A stretch of 47,759 nucleotides of DNA from Piedraia hortae CBS 480.64 (taxonomy: Eukaryota): assembly GCA_010093745.1 (NCBI GenBank), contig MU006036.1, forward strand, positions 1 through 47,759, read 5' to 3'. Below the pieces are notes generated by a model. The model was not told the origin of the DNA and did no database searches. It worked only from the letters and a program-made list of their open reading frames with translations. A program made the position numbers and the translations under genes. Positions 1 to 12,347 of this stretch are shown one piece after another (position 1 is the first letter of the stretch; the number at the start of each line of letters is the position of its first letter).

Positions 1-15
1 GTCAACTAGTTTTCC

Positions 16-63
16 GTAGAGATTTGTATGCAGGTACACATCTGCTCACAATTATAATAGATA
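16..63 (+). repeat. 48-bp repeat, perfect reverse complement of 47712-47759; probably the end of a transposable element (LTR-end-like)
   Basis: GTAGAGATTTGTATGCAGGTACACATCTGCTCACAATTATAATAGATA matches the reverse complement of the window end 48/48; a diverged copy lies at about 23103-23142; this copy is followed by TCCTGACA (64-71), a possible LTR CA terminus. Confidence 0.9.
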
Positions 64-418
64 TCCTGACAGAGCAACGTTTTGCAACTGCATCGGACAA
101 GCTGTATTTACCTGTTCGTTCTCGTCGACGGGACGACGTAGACGAGTCAGGCCGCCTGCCATCACGGATGTGTCACCCATGGCCTACTGTTAAGGCGGAT
201 ATATCCCGCTCAGCCAAGCCCAACAAAGGGATGATTATGATCGCTGCATCTTTTCCGCGCACGCTTCACACCGGATCTTATGTCTGTCCATTGTATCGTA
301 GCGCCAGCGGTCAAGTCGCGAAAGCGTCCTTTGGGTGCTTGTTCGACTGAAAGTTGCAGTCTAGATCCTAGCTAAAGCTATCGAGAAGAAGCGCGCAAAG
401 CACGCTGTAATCTGAATC

Positions 419-960
419 TTACAGGGTTTGCTCCCATTCATAGAACGGGCGATCTCCTTGTTCCATTTTTCCTAGCCTGCGGTTGGCTTTTGGACGTCTG
501 GCTGGGTCGTCCAAGTAATATTTGAGTTTTTCAACGAATCGTGCGGTTCGTGTGATGGTTTGTTGTGCATCTGCCTGGATGAGAGAAGGGAACTTGGTCG
601 GGGGTTTCTCGTCGTAGGACAGATATTTCAGCCTTGCCATTCTGTGGAACTTTGCACAAAGACCGCCTTGACCCCGACGAATGTGCGGTCTGTCGGTCCA
701 GCCGGTCTAAAATTGGCTTTTGCGAAGTCATTGATAACATGACATTCCGAACCTTGGTCAAACAGCCAGATGTTGCTCAGCTTGAACATTTCTGGTAGCA
801 GGGCAGCCAGTCCAGAACAACAATCCCTTCCTCCCTGCGAACTTGGAATTGTGCTTGCTCTTCCCGTCCTGTTGGAGCCGGTGCAGCCAGGAGAATGCAT
901 TTTGCGACGAAGACTGCTGTCTAGGATGCCGACATATTGATTGTTCTTCCGACCAGGCAC
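419..960 (-). mobile_element. degenerate LTR-retrotransposon fragments (copia-like zinc knuckle and protease; gag-like segment)
   Basis: GCTGSNRTGR resembles a decayed CxxCxxxGH knuckle and is followed by IWLFDQGSECHVIND (copia protease pattern WxxDSGAxxH); YLDDPARRPKANRRLGKMEQGDRPFYEW resembles fungal gag (DPxxxxxAxxxLxxLxQG). Confidence 0.45.
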
Positions 961-2285
961 TCGAATCGTCCTACCAGATTACGCAATGTTCTGGTGGCGA
1001 TAGAAGGAGAACGTCTGAGGTCCGGTGCAACGTGCTGCTGGAGGGGCACTCCGCCGATTGACACTGTGCCCTAGCCACCAGCTGAATCTTGGATAGGGCT
1101 TTTAACCTCTCTATCGGCGGCATTTCTTCCGCTGCTGTTGCAGATTCTTGCGCTAGTACGAATGACTTGTGAGGTGGACTTGTGGTTCTGGTAAGTGAAT
1201 GAACGGCGTAGAGGTCTGTGTGCGGTTGTCGGACATTCTCATATATGCCGTAGCATGCCCTTCGGGAGGCTGTGGTCGGTCTTTCGGGAAGGTGCCACCA
1301 CGGTGTCAACTGGCACAAGCAAAGGCTTTAGGATAATGGTACTGCCACCGACAAGCTCACACTGCCCTTGAAATCGTGCTTCTCGAGTCTATCCCCGTGA
1401 TTGGGGGGACCATAAACTGTTCGATGACACGGTCCATCTTCGTTCTCATCAGAGGGAAGGACTTTCATACAATTCTTTACTGCAGCAGAGCTCGGTCAGT
1501 GTTATGCTTCTTTGATGGCGCCGGCGGCATCAAGTCGTGTTCTTTGAACTGGTCACAGAGGCCATGCCTCACCCTCCTGGGTAATTTTTCAGCGCACCAT
1601 GTACACTGCTCGTCTCTTGAGGTCCCATTTCGTGATCACTTAACTTCAGCTCTTCCTCTCCTGCGTCGCCGCTAGCTGCAGTCGCTCCCTCTCACTGACA
1701 CTTAACCCATGCAAGGACGCTCCTACCAAAGCCGCACACGACACGTCTAGGAATAGAAGACATGATGACGGGGTGGATATGTCCGCATCGTGGAAGATGT
1801 CTGCGTGTGCGGGACGGCAACCTCCGGGCTTGGCATGACCCACTTACTTCCAAAACCACACCTCATGCCCAACGCCACTCGGGCTGCCATGGTACAATGA
1901 AGCGATAGAAATTGGTGATTGTTTGCGACAATCGATGGAAAGCGACGAAGGATGAGAGAAGATTCATTGCATGCTCGTCTACCATGATTCCCGAGGTCGC
2001 CTAGTCGTCAGCATGATCCATCCTAATCAAGCTAGGCGAGTTGCATGTTAATGCAGTATGGAGAGAGGTATAAGGTAGCTCGCATCAAAACTCGTTTTGT
2101 GGCAAGGTCTGCTTCCATCGGCCTATATGATTATACCTCCCTGAGTGATGGCATATCGGCAGTGGTAACAGAGTAACACTGCCATTGACCTGGCAGTTGG
2201 TCCAAGGCCAGGAAGCGACATGAAATCCCTCTAGCACCATCCCTTTTATTACCTTGAAAGTCCAGTATCAGTTACTACTTTCAAC

Positions 2286-3207
2286 CTACCACTCCTCCAC
2301 CCTCTCTCTATGCCAAAAGTCTCCGGTCCTCCCTCCAATATCCTCCAACGCAAGCATAACCGGCGTCTTCGCCCCTTCATCCGGCGTCTTAACCCCGCCG
2401 CCCCTCGTCAAATCCGTCTTTACATACCCCGGACAACACGCATTCACGAGGACACCTCTACTACCCTCCCGCGCCACCGCCATCGTCATCGCCGTCGCAC
2501 CAGCTTTACTAATCGGATAAGCAGTCGTCGGGAAGCCAGTCTCCTTCTCCCTCCCCTCCCTAGCGGCCTGCTTAGCCTTCTCCATTAACCTATTAACAGC
2601 CTCCACATTCGTCTTCGCCGCTTGGCGAAACTTTTTACGTATCTCATCCGAGTATCGGTCTGTCAACTTCCCCAGTGAACTGGTGATGTTGATCAGCCTG
2701 CCCCCGTCTCTGATGTTAGGCAGAAACGCTCGCGTGGCTTCAAGGGTTCCGTAGTAGTTTGTGTCGATTGTTTGGGTGAGAATTTCGGCATCGTAGCCTT
2801 GGAGGGCGATGCCGGCATTGTTGATTACGATGTCGATACCCTTGGGGTGTTGGTTTTTTAGAAAAGAGGCAAAGGAGCGGATGCTTTTGGAGTTGGCGAT
2901 GTCTAGGTTGTGGAATTTGATTGTTGTGTCCCCGCCTTGTTCGGCGAGGACTTTGGCTTCGGTTAATTGGGGGTCGTTTGCAAGGGTTTTGAGCGCTTCT
3001 GCACCGCGTTCGGAGTTGCGCGCGGTTAGGTAGATCAAGAAAGGCCCGGATTTAAGTGGTGATTTGGGGTACTGGAGTGCTAGATTCCGGACTGGGAGGG
3101 CGTTAATGCACTGAGGATGGGGATGTAGTTTGCTTGCGCATACCGATGGCGAGCCCGATGCCTTTGTTCGCGCCTGTTACTGCCGCGATTCGTGTTTGGA
3201 CTGTCAT
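2286..3207 (-). CDS. short-chain dehydrogenase/reductase, carbonyl reductase (CBR1-like), 289 aa, 2 exons (3207-3144, 3091-2286)
   Basis: Spliced N-terminus MTVQTRIAAVTGANKGIGLAIV gives TGxxxGxG; NNAG; catalytic YPISK; CBR-type CCPGYVKTDL...KTPDEGAKTPV; 52-nt GT-AG intron 3143-3092. Confidence 0.93.
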
Positions 3208-3656
3208 TTTGCATTTGATTGATTCGGGGCTGGCATTTGATGGGCAATTGGTAGATGACGTCGTTGGACCCCTTGCGTGTGTAGATGACTCTCTTACTCA
3301 GGCACGTTAAGTAGAAGCTTCCCTCCACGTAATCTGCTCAAATCTCTCATCTATGGCTGCAGTGTGGAAGTGATGTTGGTGTTTCTGGCAGGCTGCGAGA
3401 TACGATGGGACGGTGCCCTCATAACCTCGGCTCCATCTAGACCTGCCTAGAGTGAATACACAGACAGCAATATGTGAATATTCCCTTGTATAATTTTTTT
3501 CATTCATAAGGCACGTGGTCAACGACGACTGAGTGCAACGGCGGGGTATAAAGGTCATAATTACAGTTTCTACGGACAAAGAGCCACAGCACAGTCTTGC
3601 GCTCCTCCCCCAGCATTGCAACATTCGTGTATCATGTGCGGCGTAAAGCGAAACGC

Positions 3657-5657
3657 TCAAAAGACATCGTCAGGCCACTCGAAATCGTCTTGGATCTGAA
3701 CCGAAGCTGCCTTCTTGGCCGTCATGAGGTGCGAGTCGGGAGGCGGCGTGTTAAGCTCATCCTCATCCTCATAGACGGGTTCAAGAGTCGACGCAAGTGA
3801 TTCCAGGCTAGGAGCCGGGGCTGCCGAGACATCGTTCTCCTTAGCTTCGTGCGACTTCGTAAACGTCGTGTTTGGTTTAGCAAACGCCGTGGAGGCCGAA
3901 TGCATCGACCCAGCGTAATAAGACATTGGAACAAACAGGTCTCCACGCTGCTTGAAACCAGTTTGCGATCCGCCAGAGCGTTGCGCGGGCGTGTTGACAT
4001 CCATCTTGAGAGACTCCAACTGGGCATTGAGATGGGTCTGACCAGGAGACACAAAGGGATAGGCAACACCCTCGGCTTTTTGGGAGCCATTCGGGGTCGG
4101 AGAGACGGCAATGGTCTCGGCAGCACTCTTGATGCCCACTGACGGGGTAGAGAAGATACCTGGGCATTGGAGTTGCTCAGCCACAGACCCCTTGGGGTCT
4201 CCATTGGGCTCATAAGAGGCCTGTACCGACACGGCCACTTGCTCAAGCTCTTTGATGCTGGCAGCCGGTTCAGAGACAACGATATTTTCAACAGACACTA
4301 CAGCAACGGGAGTGGCCTCCTTATCGACCTTGGGCGAGGCAGCAATCTCCGTCTTTTCAGGAAGGTCACGCTCCCTCGCCTCAGATTGCTCATGCACCGG
4401 CTCGGCCTTGTGACTCTCGGTCTTGGCGGGAGTGTCGCTATCAAAGGGAAGCAGTTCCAGCTTGGGCGGATACGCGGAAACGGGAGACACAAGGGTATCG
4501 ACCTCCATCTGGTCACCCATCGGCTTGGATTCTTGATCCTGGGCCAGCAAAACGCGCTCGCTATCGAGACGAGGCAGCTTACCCGGAATGAAACGCGGCC
4601 TTCTAAGCGTGCCGACATGGTACTTCTTCGTCTCAGGATGCGGATGGGCATCAGCCAGAGCCTCATCCAGTTCGCGTCTGGCCTGCTGTAGCTTCCCCTC
4701 GAGGTCGCTCACGCGCTTGGACAGCTTATGTTGGCGCTTCAGATCATGGCGGGACTGCGAGTGTTTCAGGACGGACACTTCCATTGGCTTCTTATGCGCC
4801 GTGGAAGGGATCACCGCGTTAAGATTGAGCTCAGACCGGACACGTTTAAGACCGCCCTTGAGGTTAGCGAGAGACGGAGTTTTGATCCCCCAGCGCGTCT
4901 TGGCGGCGCCCTTTCCCTTGGAAGCCGTCGTGGGATTCTCACCGTCAACAGCAAACGCGACATGGGACTGGGTGGGCGTCGTTTCGGCGAGCGAAGGCCC
5001 ATATTCGCTGGTCCCAGCCAGTGTTGTCTCGCATGTGGGGGACTTGGCGGCCGGAGTACTGAACTGAACAGGGGAGCTACTCTGGCCCGCTTCGACAGAT
5101 TGCACCGACTCAGCCGGACCGCTGTGAACCCCCTTGGTTTCTCCGGAAGCGACGCTGGACTGCTTATTCTCCCCGTAAAGGCGGTTCCATATGGCGACAG
5201 GGCGGAAGACAGAGTGCCAGTCGGAGCCAAACTGGAAAATGCTGCTGCCGGGGCTCTTTGACCCACCTTTGTCGGTCCTAGCTGCCTCATCGCGGCCCTG
5301 TTGCTCAGAGTCGGCGGCGCGAGTGAACAACATGGCCGGCAGTTTCTCGCCCGGTTTATCCGTCAGATCGCCCTCACGAAACTTGGATCCATGCACCTTC
5401 TGCTTGTCCGCATGCCGCAGGCCCGACAGATTGAGATGTTTCTTCTTATGGCGGAGGCTGCCCCGGCACGGCGTCTCCTCTGCGGCCGACGACACGTCAG
5501 CCCCCTGCTTACTACGCTTGGGGGTATGCGGATGGGCGATGAGGTGCTCGAACCCCTCAGCCACGGAACCCTGGGCTTCGCGTTTCCTCTTCGAACGGGC
5601 CGTGGCCACCGCGTCCTTGGGTGGCACGGGCGGCGGCAATTCCTGCGGTGCCGCCAT
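3657..5657 (-). CDS. conserved Pezizomycotina hypothetical protein, mostly disordered with a central coiled coil, 666 aa
   Basis: Long ATG-initiated ORF; coiled coil DLKRQHKLSKRVSDLEGKLQQARREL and C-terminal FEWPDDVF, which I recognise from an uncharacterised fungal family. Confidence 0.8.
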   Translation of the reverse strand: MAAPQELPPPVPPKDAVATARSKRKREAQGSVAEGFEHLIAHPHTPKRSKQGADVSSAAEETPCRGSLRHKKKHLNLSGLRHADKQKVHGSKFREGDLTDKPGEKLPAMLFTRAADSEQQGRDEAARTDKGGSKSPGSSIFQFGSDWHSVFRPVAIWNRLYGENKQSSVASGETKGVHSGPAESVQSVEAGQSSSPVQFSTPAAKSPTCETTLAGTSEYGPSLAETTPTQSHVAFAVDGENPTTASKGKGAAKTRWGIKTPSLANLKGGLKRVRSELNLNAVIPSTAHKKPMEVSVLKHSQSRHDLKRQHKLSKRVSDLEGKLQQARRELDEALADAHPHPETKKYHVGTLRRPRFIPGKLPRLDSERVLLAQDQESKPMGDQMEVDTLVSPVSAYPPKLELLPFDSDTPAKTESHKAEPVHEQSEARERDLPEKTEIAASPKVDKEATPVAVVSVENIVVSEPAASIKELEQVAVSVQASYEPNGDPKGSVAEQLQCPGIFSTPSVGIKSAAETIAVSPTPNGSQKAEGVAYPFVSPGQTHLNAQLESLKMDVNTPAQRSGGSQTGFKQRGDLFVPMSYYAGSMHSASTAFAKPNTTFTKSHEAKENDVSAAPAPSLESLASTLEPVYEDEDELNTPPPDSHLMTAKKAASVQIQDDFEWPDDVF

Positions 5658-6648
5658 CCCCTGGCCAAAGCGTTAGCGTCCTGCCGTTGTACTTTGTGTC
5701 GCGGTACGCACCAGCTCCGCAACGATATCGGAGCGCTGGGATTGTATGTCTACAAAAAAATACTCGCGTCAATGGCCACTCGGTTAAAATTAATTAAGGG
5801 CCCAACGGTTTGGCGCTCGTGCCCTCAGCTCTTCCCCGCTGCCCCGCTGCCCCGCTTCCCCGCGCTACCCAAAACAAAACCTTAACAGCTTTAACGTCGA
5901 CAGTTGTGGCGCGGCAATCTCTTTTTCAGCCAATCAGCTGCCAGACTTATTGAACATCCAAAGCTTCTCTTGACCTCACTTTTAGTGGTATTAGACCTAC
6001 ATACACAAAAACACCCGCCAAAACAGCTCGTTTGTGCGATCAAAATCCTTCCCAGTCCATATAACACTCGTATACACTTTTTTGGAGACAATTGTCCTTG
6101 TCAACGTGGGACATTTGCAGATATCTCTGGCGAAAATCTTGGAGAATATTTTCTACCATCTACCTGTTCGGCTAAACGGCCATCTTTTACAGGATACTCG
6201 GTATCTTGAAGATTCCTGGGACCACTACCTTATTATGAACTGGAACAGAGCAGACTATTGAAAAAGTTTTGCTATAGAGTGGCAAGCCATAAGGCAAACC
6301 CTGAATTTTTGAGATGGAAATCGCCGTAACCCAGCAGTCCCGGTATACTGATTGTTTCATTCAGAGTACTTGTCTGTGCTGGCCCTCTATCGTTCCTTTA
6401 TCATGAACAGCTTATGAACGGTATATATCTCACTTGATCAAATTCCCCCAAATACAAAGACAATGGCATTATCCTTCCACCGCAACCGCCGTGTTTCTAC
6501 GACGGGCCGCGTTTAGTGCGGAGAACGTGGTGGAATTGGTATTCCTATTGAAACCGAATTGTCAACATGACGCATCGTAAGTGGTAGAGGTACGACACAA
6601 AACACACAGAGGCGGGATTCGGATTGGTTTCTTCATCTTCACCATAAC

Positions 6649-7008
6649 ATGTTTTCCAACCACCAGCACAAAAAAGCTACCACAACTTTGTTTAAGCGCG
6701 ACGTCGCCAGCGGGGCCTACATCCTGCCTGTCGTCTTTCTCGTTCTTCTTTTGGCCTTGGCTGCCCTCCGCGGGGTGGCCTGGCTTCGGAGGGAGCAACC
6801 CTCTTGGTTCTTTTCCCGCTGTTGCACTCGCAAATGGCCCGGCCAGGAGCCCACCCCGACCTCCTACTGGCAAGCTCAACGGAGGAGCCGGCTGGGCGAC
6901 ATTGAGCTCGGCCCCTGGGGTGGCTTCGTTCGGATGGACGGGGAGGAAGAGACTCCTGCGCTGCCAGCACAGCCTCCGCGCGCTTACTGTCTCTCTCGCT
7001 TTCCTTGA
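6649..7008 (+). CDS. orphan single-pass membrane protein, 119 aa
   Basis: ATG ORF; KR followed by the hydrophobic segment AYILPVVFLVLLLALAAL, then a basic stop-transfer region and a GDIELG motif. Confidence 0.5.
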   Translation: MFSNHQHKKATTTLFKRDVASGAYILPVVFLVLLLALAALRGVAWLRREQPSWFFSRCCTRKWPGQEPTPTSYWQAQRRSRLGDIELGPWGGFVRMDGEEETPALPAQPPRAYCLSRFP

Positions 7009-7581
7009 GAAACGGATGAGCGCGGGTTGTGCGAGGGCAAGGGGCATCGAGTCGAGGAAAAGAATCGCATGCGGGGCTTCCATTACTGGCGAACGCACTG
7101 GACTTCAAGTTTCGAAAAGGCAGCTCAGTGTCAACAAGGCCTCGTACTTGAGGCTTCGCTGAACTTCAGTGCACACCATCACAAGACCCTTGTAATGAGC
7201 CGCTGGGGCTTTTCATTTCACCCACACAAACTTCTGCTGGGTGTCAGTACGTGGCAAGTTCTCAGCAGACTCCTGTCCAAAATCGGTACGGAGAAATGGC
7301 GACATACATCAAGTACCATATGGGATACCCAATCCTTCCGGTGACTCTGCCCTTTTCAAGCAATCAAGCGCACAATCCGACCGGGCCATTCAACCTTACA
7401 AACAATTGAAACCACCCTTCTCAAAGAACAATACCCAAAGGGGCCCATACAATCCATTCACCCCCTTTGCCCCTCACGAAGAACAATCCCCTTATGAAAA
7501 CAACACCATAACCCCTGAACATCCTCACCGCAATATAAGTCCACCCACAGCCCTCCCCAATCCCAAAACCAAGCACAAGAA

Positions 7582-7890
7582 ATGTACATCCACTCCATCG
7601 CCCTCGCAACAACGATGCCAGCCAAGTGCACCATCGTCGACCCCACCACCGCGGTGTCCCCCACCGTCGCCTTCCCGATCATCTTCCTCCTCATCTTGGT
7701 CATCGCGTTGGCATACCAAATCTTCGCCTGCTTGCGGGATATGGGGGCCGATAAGCGCGAGCGGGACCTCGAGGCTGCGGAGAAGGCTGCTGCTGAGGCT
7801 AAAGCGGAAACCCTTCAGAAGCGGAGGGGTTCGTGCCCCCGAAGGAGGGGGGGAAAGTTACTAGAACGGACCGGTTTTGTAAAGTTTTAG
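7582..7890 (+). CDS. orphan single-pass membrane protein, 102 aa
   Basis: ATG ORF; TM segment VAFPIIFLLILVIALAYQIFACL followed by RDLEAA and a basic tail; C/A-rich leader like that of neighbouring genes. Confidence 0.55.
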   Translation: MYIHSIALATTMPAKCTIVDPTTAVSPTVAFPIIFLLILVIALAYQIFACLRDMGADKRERDLEAAEKAAAEAKAETLQKRRGSCPRRRGGKLLERTGFVKF

Positions 7891-9813
7891 AGGGGTTGGG
7901 GGGAGGGGAGCCCAGGGGGGAGGGTTGTGGTGAGGCCGTGGAGGGTTTATGGTGGAAGTTCATACACTTTGATATCCTGCATACACTACGATGGATGAAC
8001 TCATACATTGAGGTTTTTTTTTCCCCGTCTTATATTTTGGAGGTTATAGGTTTGGGAGAGTTCAGGGGAGTGGAGGTTTGTGGCAAAGTTACAGTCGTTG
8101 GGTTTAATTGAAGCCTTGTTACGTATACAGCTTCATGCAGGGTGGATGGGTGTTGGATACCCTTGGATTGGTGCTGTTGGACCCATCTGCGATCCAATAG
8201 CACCAATTCGAGGGTATCCAACACCCATCCAATGAGCGAGATGAAAAGAGCCGTCCTCCGTCCCCATCTCAAATTATATAGTCAGACCCGAGGAGTCAAC
8301 GCGACGGGACGCTTGAGGGACAATACTTATTCTCCCCAAGACCGTTAAAAGCCAGTGTAAACCTGACCCTCTCTAATCACTAACGCCTGTGGAGCCGTGG
8401 GTTACCGCATGTCATTATCGTATGGTTTTCGCTTTGGGAGGGTTTCTCTAGCGTTGATTCTGACAATCTGACAGAGTCTGGATGGGGTTTGGATAGTGGA
8501 CACGCTCCAGCAGTGCAGTCATGATGCTGCGCTTGATTCTATGCCCGAGCTGCTTGGTACAGTGTCGGTGAAGGCGACCTACTCTAGGCGGTGCCTGGTT
8601 ATGTCTTGTTTGTTTGTGTATTGGGGGGGGCGTTGGTCTCTGCGTAGATTACATGATGCTCGCCTGTTGCTATAGATGATCAAATGGGTGGGTTTTATTG
8701 CGATTATGGCGCTATACTCGGTCGACTTGAATGGCAGCGGGTAGGACAAGCCCATTGGTATTGGAGGTAGCCGCAGGTCAGGCTGGATCGAGTGAGAGGA
8801 GACTGCAGCCCAGGAGTGGGGAGAGCAAGAACATGCCAAGCCGACCAGACATGATGTCTTGAACGCGAAGCTGCCAGATGCTGCAATAGCTAGAGACAAT
8901 ACGAAAACTGAAAAATTGGGATGCATGGCTCAGAAAAGTTTAACATAACAGTTGCCGTACAAATTGCCTTTCTGGGTCGACTTCTCGGATAGAGTTCTGT
9001 CTACCTCCGATTCTCGGCATAATAACGGTATCAAACTTTGCATTCGCAGGCATCCTTTCTGCATTCCGGGCACAAGTCGCCTCGGCCCGGTCCGTGCATA
9101 CAAATTTGCTTTGAAGAGTTGCTGTTATTTGCGCTCTTGTTACGGCCATTCCTTACCAACACGATGGCGTTCCACCATGGAGAGTACCATAGAAGGGTGG
9201 CACTTTAATCGGCAGCGGGACTGCTGCAAGCGATCATCGAGTCGAAGGACAAGTCATCGTCAAGCACATCAAATAAGAAATGGCTTCAGAGCTTATTCAA
9301 CATCGTTCTGGAAAACTGCATGCACTTGATGCGCCAGGACTTGCATCGTATCTCTCATATAGCCGTGACGTTTTGTCTTCTTCTACCATGAAGAACCCCC
9401 CTATCCCCACCACTTCAGCTGGACAAGACTATAGAAGACCAGACAAAGAATATAACGCAGGAATAAAAGGCAGACGAGCCATACTCCTCAAGGGGCTCTG
9501 TTAAAGTCACGAAACCTCTTTATGATAAGGTGATCCCTTGGGAAAATCAGCTTTGACGGATTCTTAAACTCACACAATTTCTTGGCGATGGGTCTGTCAA
9601 TCAGATCAAAAACCTTCTTGGTTATGCCTACAAATCTTGAAGCATCTCATTGTTTCTGCGACTATTGTCCACTCTCATTGTCATAATTGTTTCAAAAGAT
9701 GGCACATCCCAATGATTCATCAGAAACATACAGCAAACTTCGATTCATCACAAACTACATTAAAAACATACAGCAAAAAATGTCTAATACATACAGTGAG
9801 CAGCATGCAAGCA

Positions 9814-10648
9814 GGCACTTGATTGTCTGCAAGTTTGGCCCCTCTGGAGGTGGTCAAGCCAAGCTGACCATCGATACCGAGAGTCTCAATGCTGCAGTGA
9901 TCAAGGATATCCCCGACGGAGAAAATCCTACGCCATTTGAGGTCAACAACCGGTGGCAGGCTGGATCTGCTGCATAACCCACCTGGAGAGTTGTTTTCCA
10001 ATGTTGCACCGGCGGCGATCTCCACTCTTTTATCAAGCATTGGGCAGGGAAGAAGCTGCAGCAGGTGCCTACTCTATTTGTCAAACACTACATTGCTTCC
10101 ATGGCCGCTACTCTCGAACACCTCTACCACGGAATCCACGACATCAAGCCGCAAATATCTTCCTCCGCTGGGACTCGATCAACCGGGACGGACTGCCGAC
10201 CATCGTCCTGGGAGATTTTGGCTTGGCCGATTGTGAAGCACACATTCGCCGATACGTTAGTACACTCAGGCGCCTCCCACTGGAAGTCTACAGTGCAGAG
10301 CACAGTCCCCGTTGAGGAAGATTCAACTCTGGCATTCAAATGGCAAGCTCGGATATATAATAATTTGGCGCGATCTTGCTGAGCGTCATCACCGTCGATT
10401 GATTCGACAACGAGTACAACGATTATGATTTCGAGAATGTGTGCAGGCACCTGCAGAATTACCTGGTCAAGGACTCGGCGAGCATCATGTACTTGTCTGA
10501 ACAGACTTTGGCTGAAGACCCCAGCGAACGGCCGAAGACAACCGCGCTCGTTGGAATTGGCGCTGAGTTGGAGCGGGAAGTGAAGTACCTTCTGAATGAA
10601 AGCGAGCAAGCAATGCCGTCAGATTCATACCCGCCGGACCTTTTGTGA
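9814..10648 (+). pseudogene. disabled Ser/Thr protein kinase
   Basis: Subdomains in order: FGPSGGGQA (Gly loop), AVIK, in-frame TAA 9975-9977, CTGGDLHSF (hinge), HDIKP, a 1-nt frameshift near 10150 into ANIFLRW...IVLGDFGLA, and LAEDPSERP (subdomain XI) in ORF 10439-10648. Confidence 0.8.
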
Positions 10649-11031
10649 GATCTCTGGAAGATTTCGACTATATATTGTCTAGAGTAATTGATCCGGAAGC
10701 CATTTATCATGATCACTTTGATACATCTCGCTGCCTGTCACGACATCTTCCCGCAGACTGAAAATTGAACGCAACTAATTAATAAGATTGGAATAAACCA
10801 AAAGTCTGCCTTTTAACCGTTCTGGTCAGACGGAAAACCTTCCTCATTGCGAAATCCATCGTCACGTCCAACGTGCAGGCACAACAAGTCTCAAATACGG
10901 CGTTCCTCATGGACTTTAACCTCAAACTTGGATCATCAGTCATTTCCATTTACATGGCATACTCATTCGTATACACTCGGGTATCATCACTACAGTCTCT
11001 AACTTTCTCCCCTTTGAAAACCACAATGACA

Positions 11032-11520
11032 CTACGTCTTCCCGCCTATAAACTCTAAATTCTCCTTCTTGCCCTTATCGCCCTTGCTCTTGTCGCCCCC
11101 ATTCCTCTTACTCTTGTTCCCCCCCTCCCCCTTATTTCCCTCCCCGGGATAACCCTTCCCCAATACCCTATCAATGATAGCCTGATACTCCTCCCCCAAC
11201 TCCTCCTCCTCAATCACCCCCAAACCATCACCCATCATCTTGTAACTCATACGTTTCTTCATCTTTATCTCCCTCTTAATCTTCACCATCTCCTTGGCGG
11301 CAGCAATATGGATCTCACAGTCTCCATCTCTTACCACTGGCTTCGGCGGAGCGCAACTCGACAATTTCACTCCTTCGGTGTAGGTCTGACGATTATGCTT
11401 GGGACACGCGCGGATAATTTTAGGGGGTAAAGAGCAGCCGCATCCGTTCCATGTTGTGGTGGGCTCGATGACGCAGGAAGAGGCCATGGGAGAGTCTGTT
11501 GACAGGGAGCGGGTGGACAT
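11032..11520 (-). CDS. orphan protein with Cys/His-rich N-half and charged low-complexity tail, 162 aa
   Basis: ATG in AAAATG context; C...CGC...C...C...CEIH pattern; G/K/E-rich tail. Confidence 0.55.
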   Translation of the reverse strand: MSTRSLSTDSPMASSCVIEPTTTWNGCGCSLPPKIIRACPKHNRQTYTEGVKLSSCAPPKPVVRDGDCEIHIAAAKEMVKIKREIKMKKRMSYKMMGDGLGVIEEEELGEEYQAIIDRVLGKGYPGEGNKGEGGNKSKRNGGDKSKGDKGKKENLEFIGGKT

Positions 11521-12014
11521 TTTGACTTGTTAGGGTTGTCGTGAGATGGAGGTGGTTTTGGATTTTCGATTTTTGGGGGGCAGTGGGGTGGGGCGGTTTT
11601 TCCGGTACGTGGGGTGAGGTTGTGGGATGGGGTTATGGGGGATATGAAATTTGATGCTGGTAAAAAGCAAAACGTTTTTAATGCCAGCTTAAGTCAGTCG
11701 GCTGATCTAAAAGGAAGAATGGAAAGGGGGAGTAGGAACATGTCCCAAGGCTGTCCCCGCATTCCGGCGACTTTCGCTGAGATTCGATTTCGTGCCAGGG
11801 CAATTTCAGAGCTGGACTTGAACTGGAGACGGTGTCTGCACGCGGTACTGTGCAGTAGCTTGAAGAAGGGCGAAAAATCTTGGATGCGGCAGATATTGGC
11901 TCGCAAACTTCGGATTCACTCCCACAGCTACAGCGTGTAGCGAAAATGCACGTGTCTACGAAACGAGACACATAAGAGAGGACGGGGACAAGAAGCTCAG
12001 AAAACGTCAACAGT

Positions 12015-12347
12015 CTATCTCAAAGTCTTCCGCATGGTATGCAACTTCTGCGACGCTGCCGGTGCAGCAAGAACCATAGCCGGCTGTATCCCACCCCCTG
12101 CAGCTGGCACAACCCCACCTTCCAAACCCCTCACATCCGCCTTCACACCCCACCAATCCGGCAATCCGTTCGACAACCTCCTACTCGCCCTCCTCTCTTC
12201 AATCTGCTGTCTTCCCCTTGCCTGTTCAGCACGGTGTTTCTTCGCACCGGCATAAATTCCCAGCACGCATAAGATAACAGCTGTAATCGCAAGTAAAAGC
12301 GGCAGGACGATACCCGCGACAGAGACAGCTCTTCGTTTTGTCAGCAT
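12015..12347 (-). CDS. orphan single-pass membrane protein, about 110 aa (likely start MLTKRR)
   Basis: AAAATG start at 12347; KRR followed by TM segment VAGIVLPLLLAITAVILCVLGIYA and a basic cytosolic segment. Confidence 0.55.
   Translation of the reverse strand: MLTKRRAVSVAGIVLPLLLAITAVILCVLGIYAGAKKHRAEQARGRQQIEERRASRRLSNGLPDWWGVKADVRGLEGGVVPAAGGGIQPAMVLAAPAASQKLHTMRKTLR

Noticed and set aside
4206..4215. PBS-like GGGCTCATAA
   Set aside because: Lies inside an intact CDS with no adjacent LTR end
3722..5885. Many overlapping alternative-frame and antisense ORFs (also 29465-31362, 37190-37927, 38804-39397)
   Set aside because: Shadows of GC-rich real genes with no recognisable motifs
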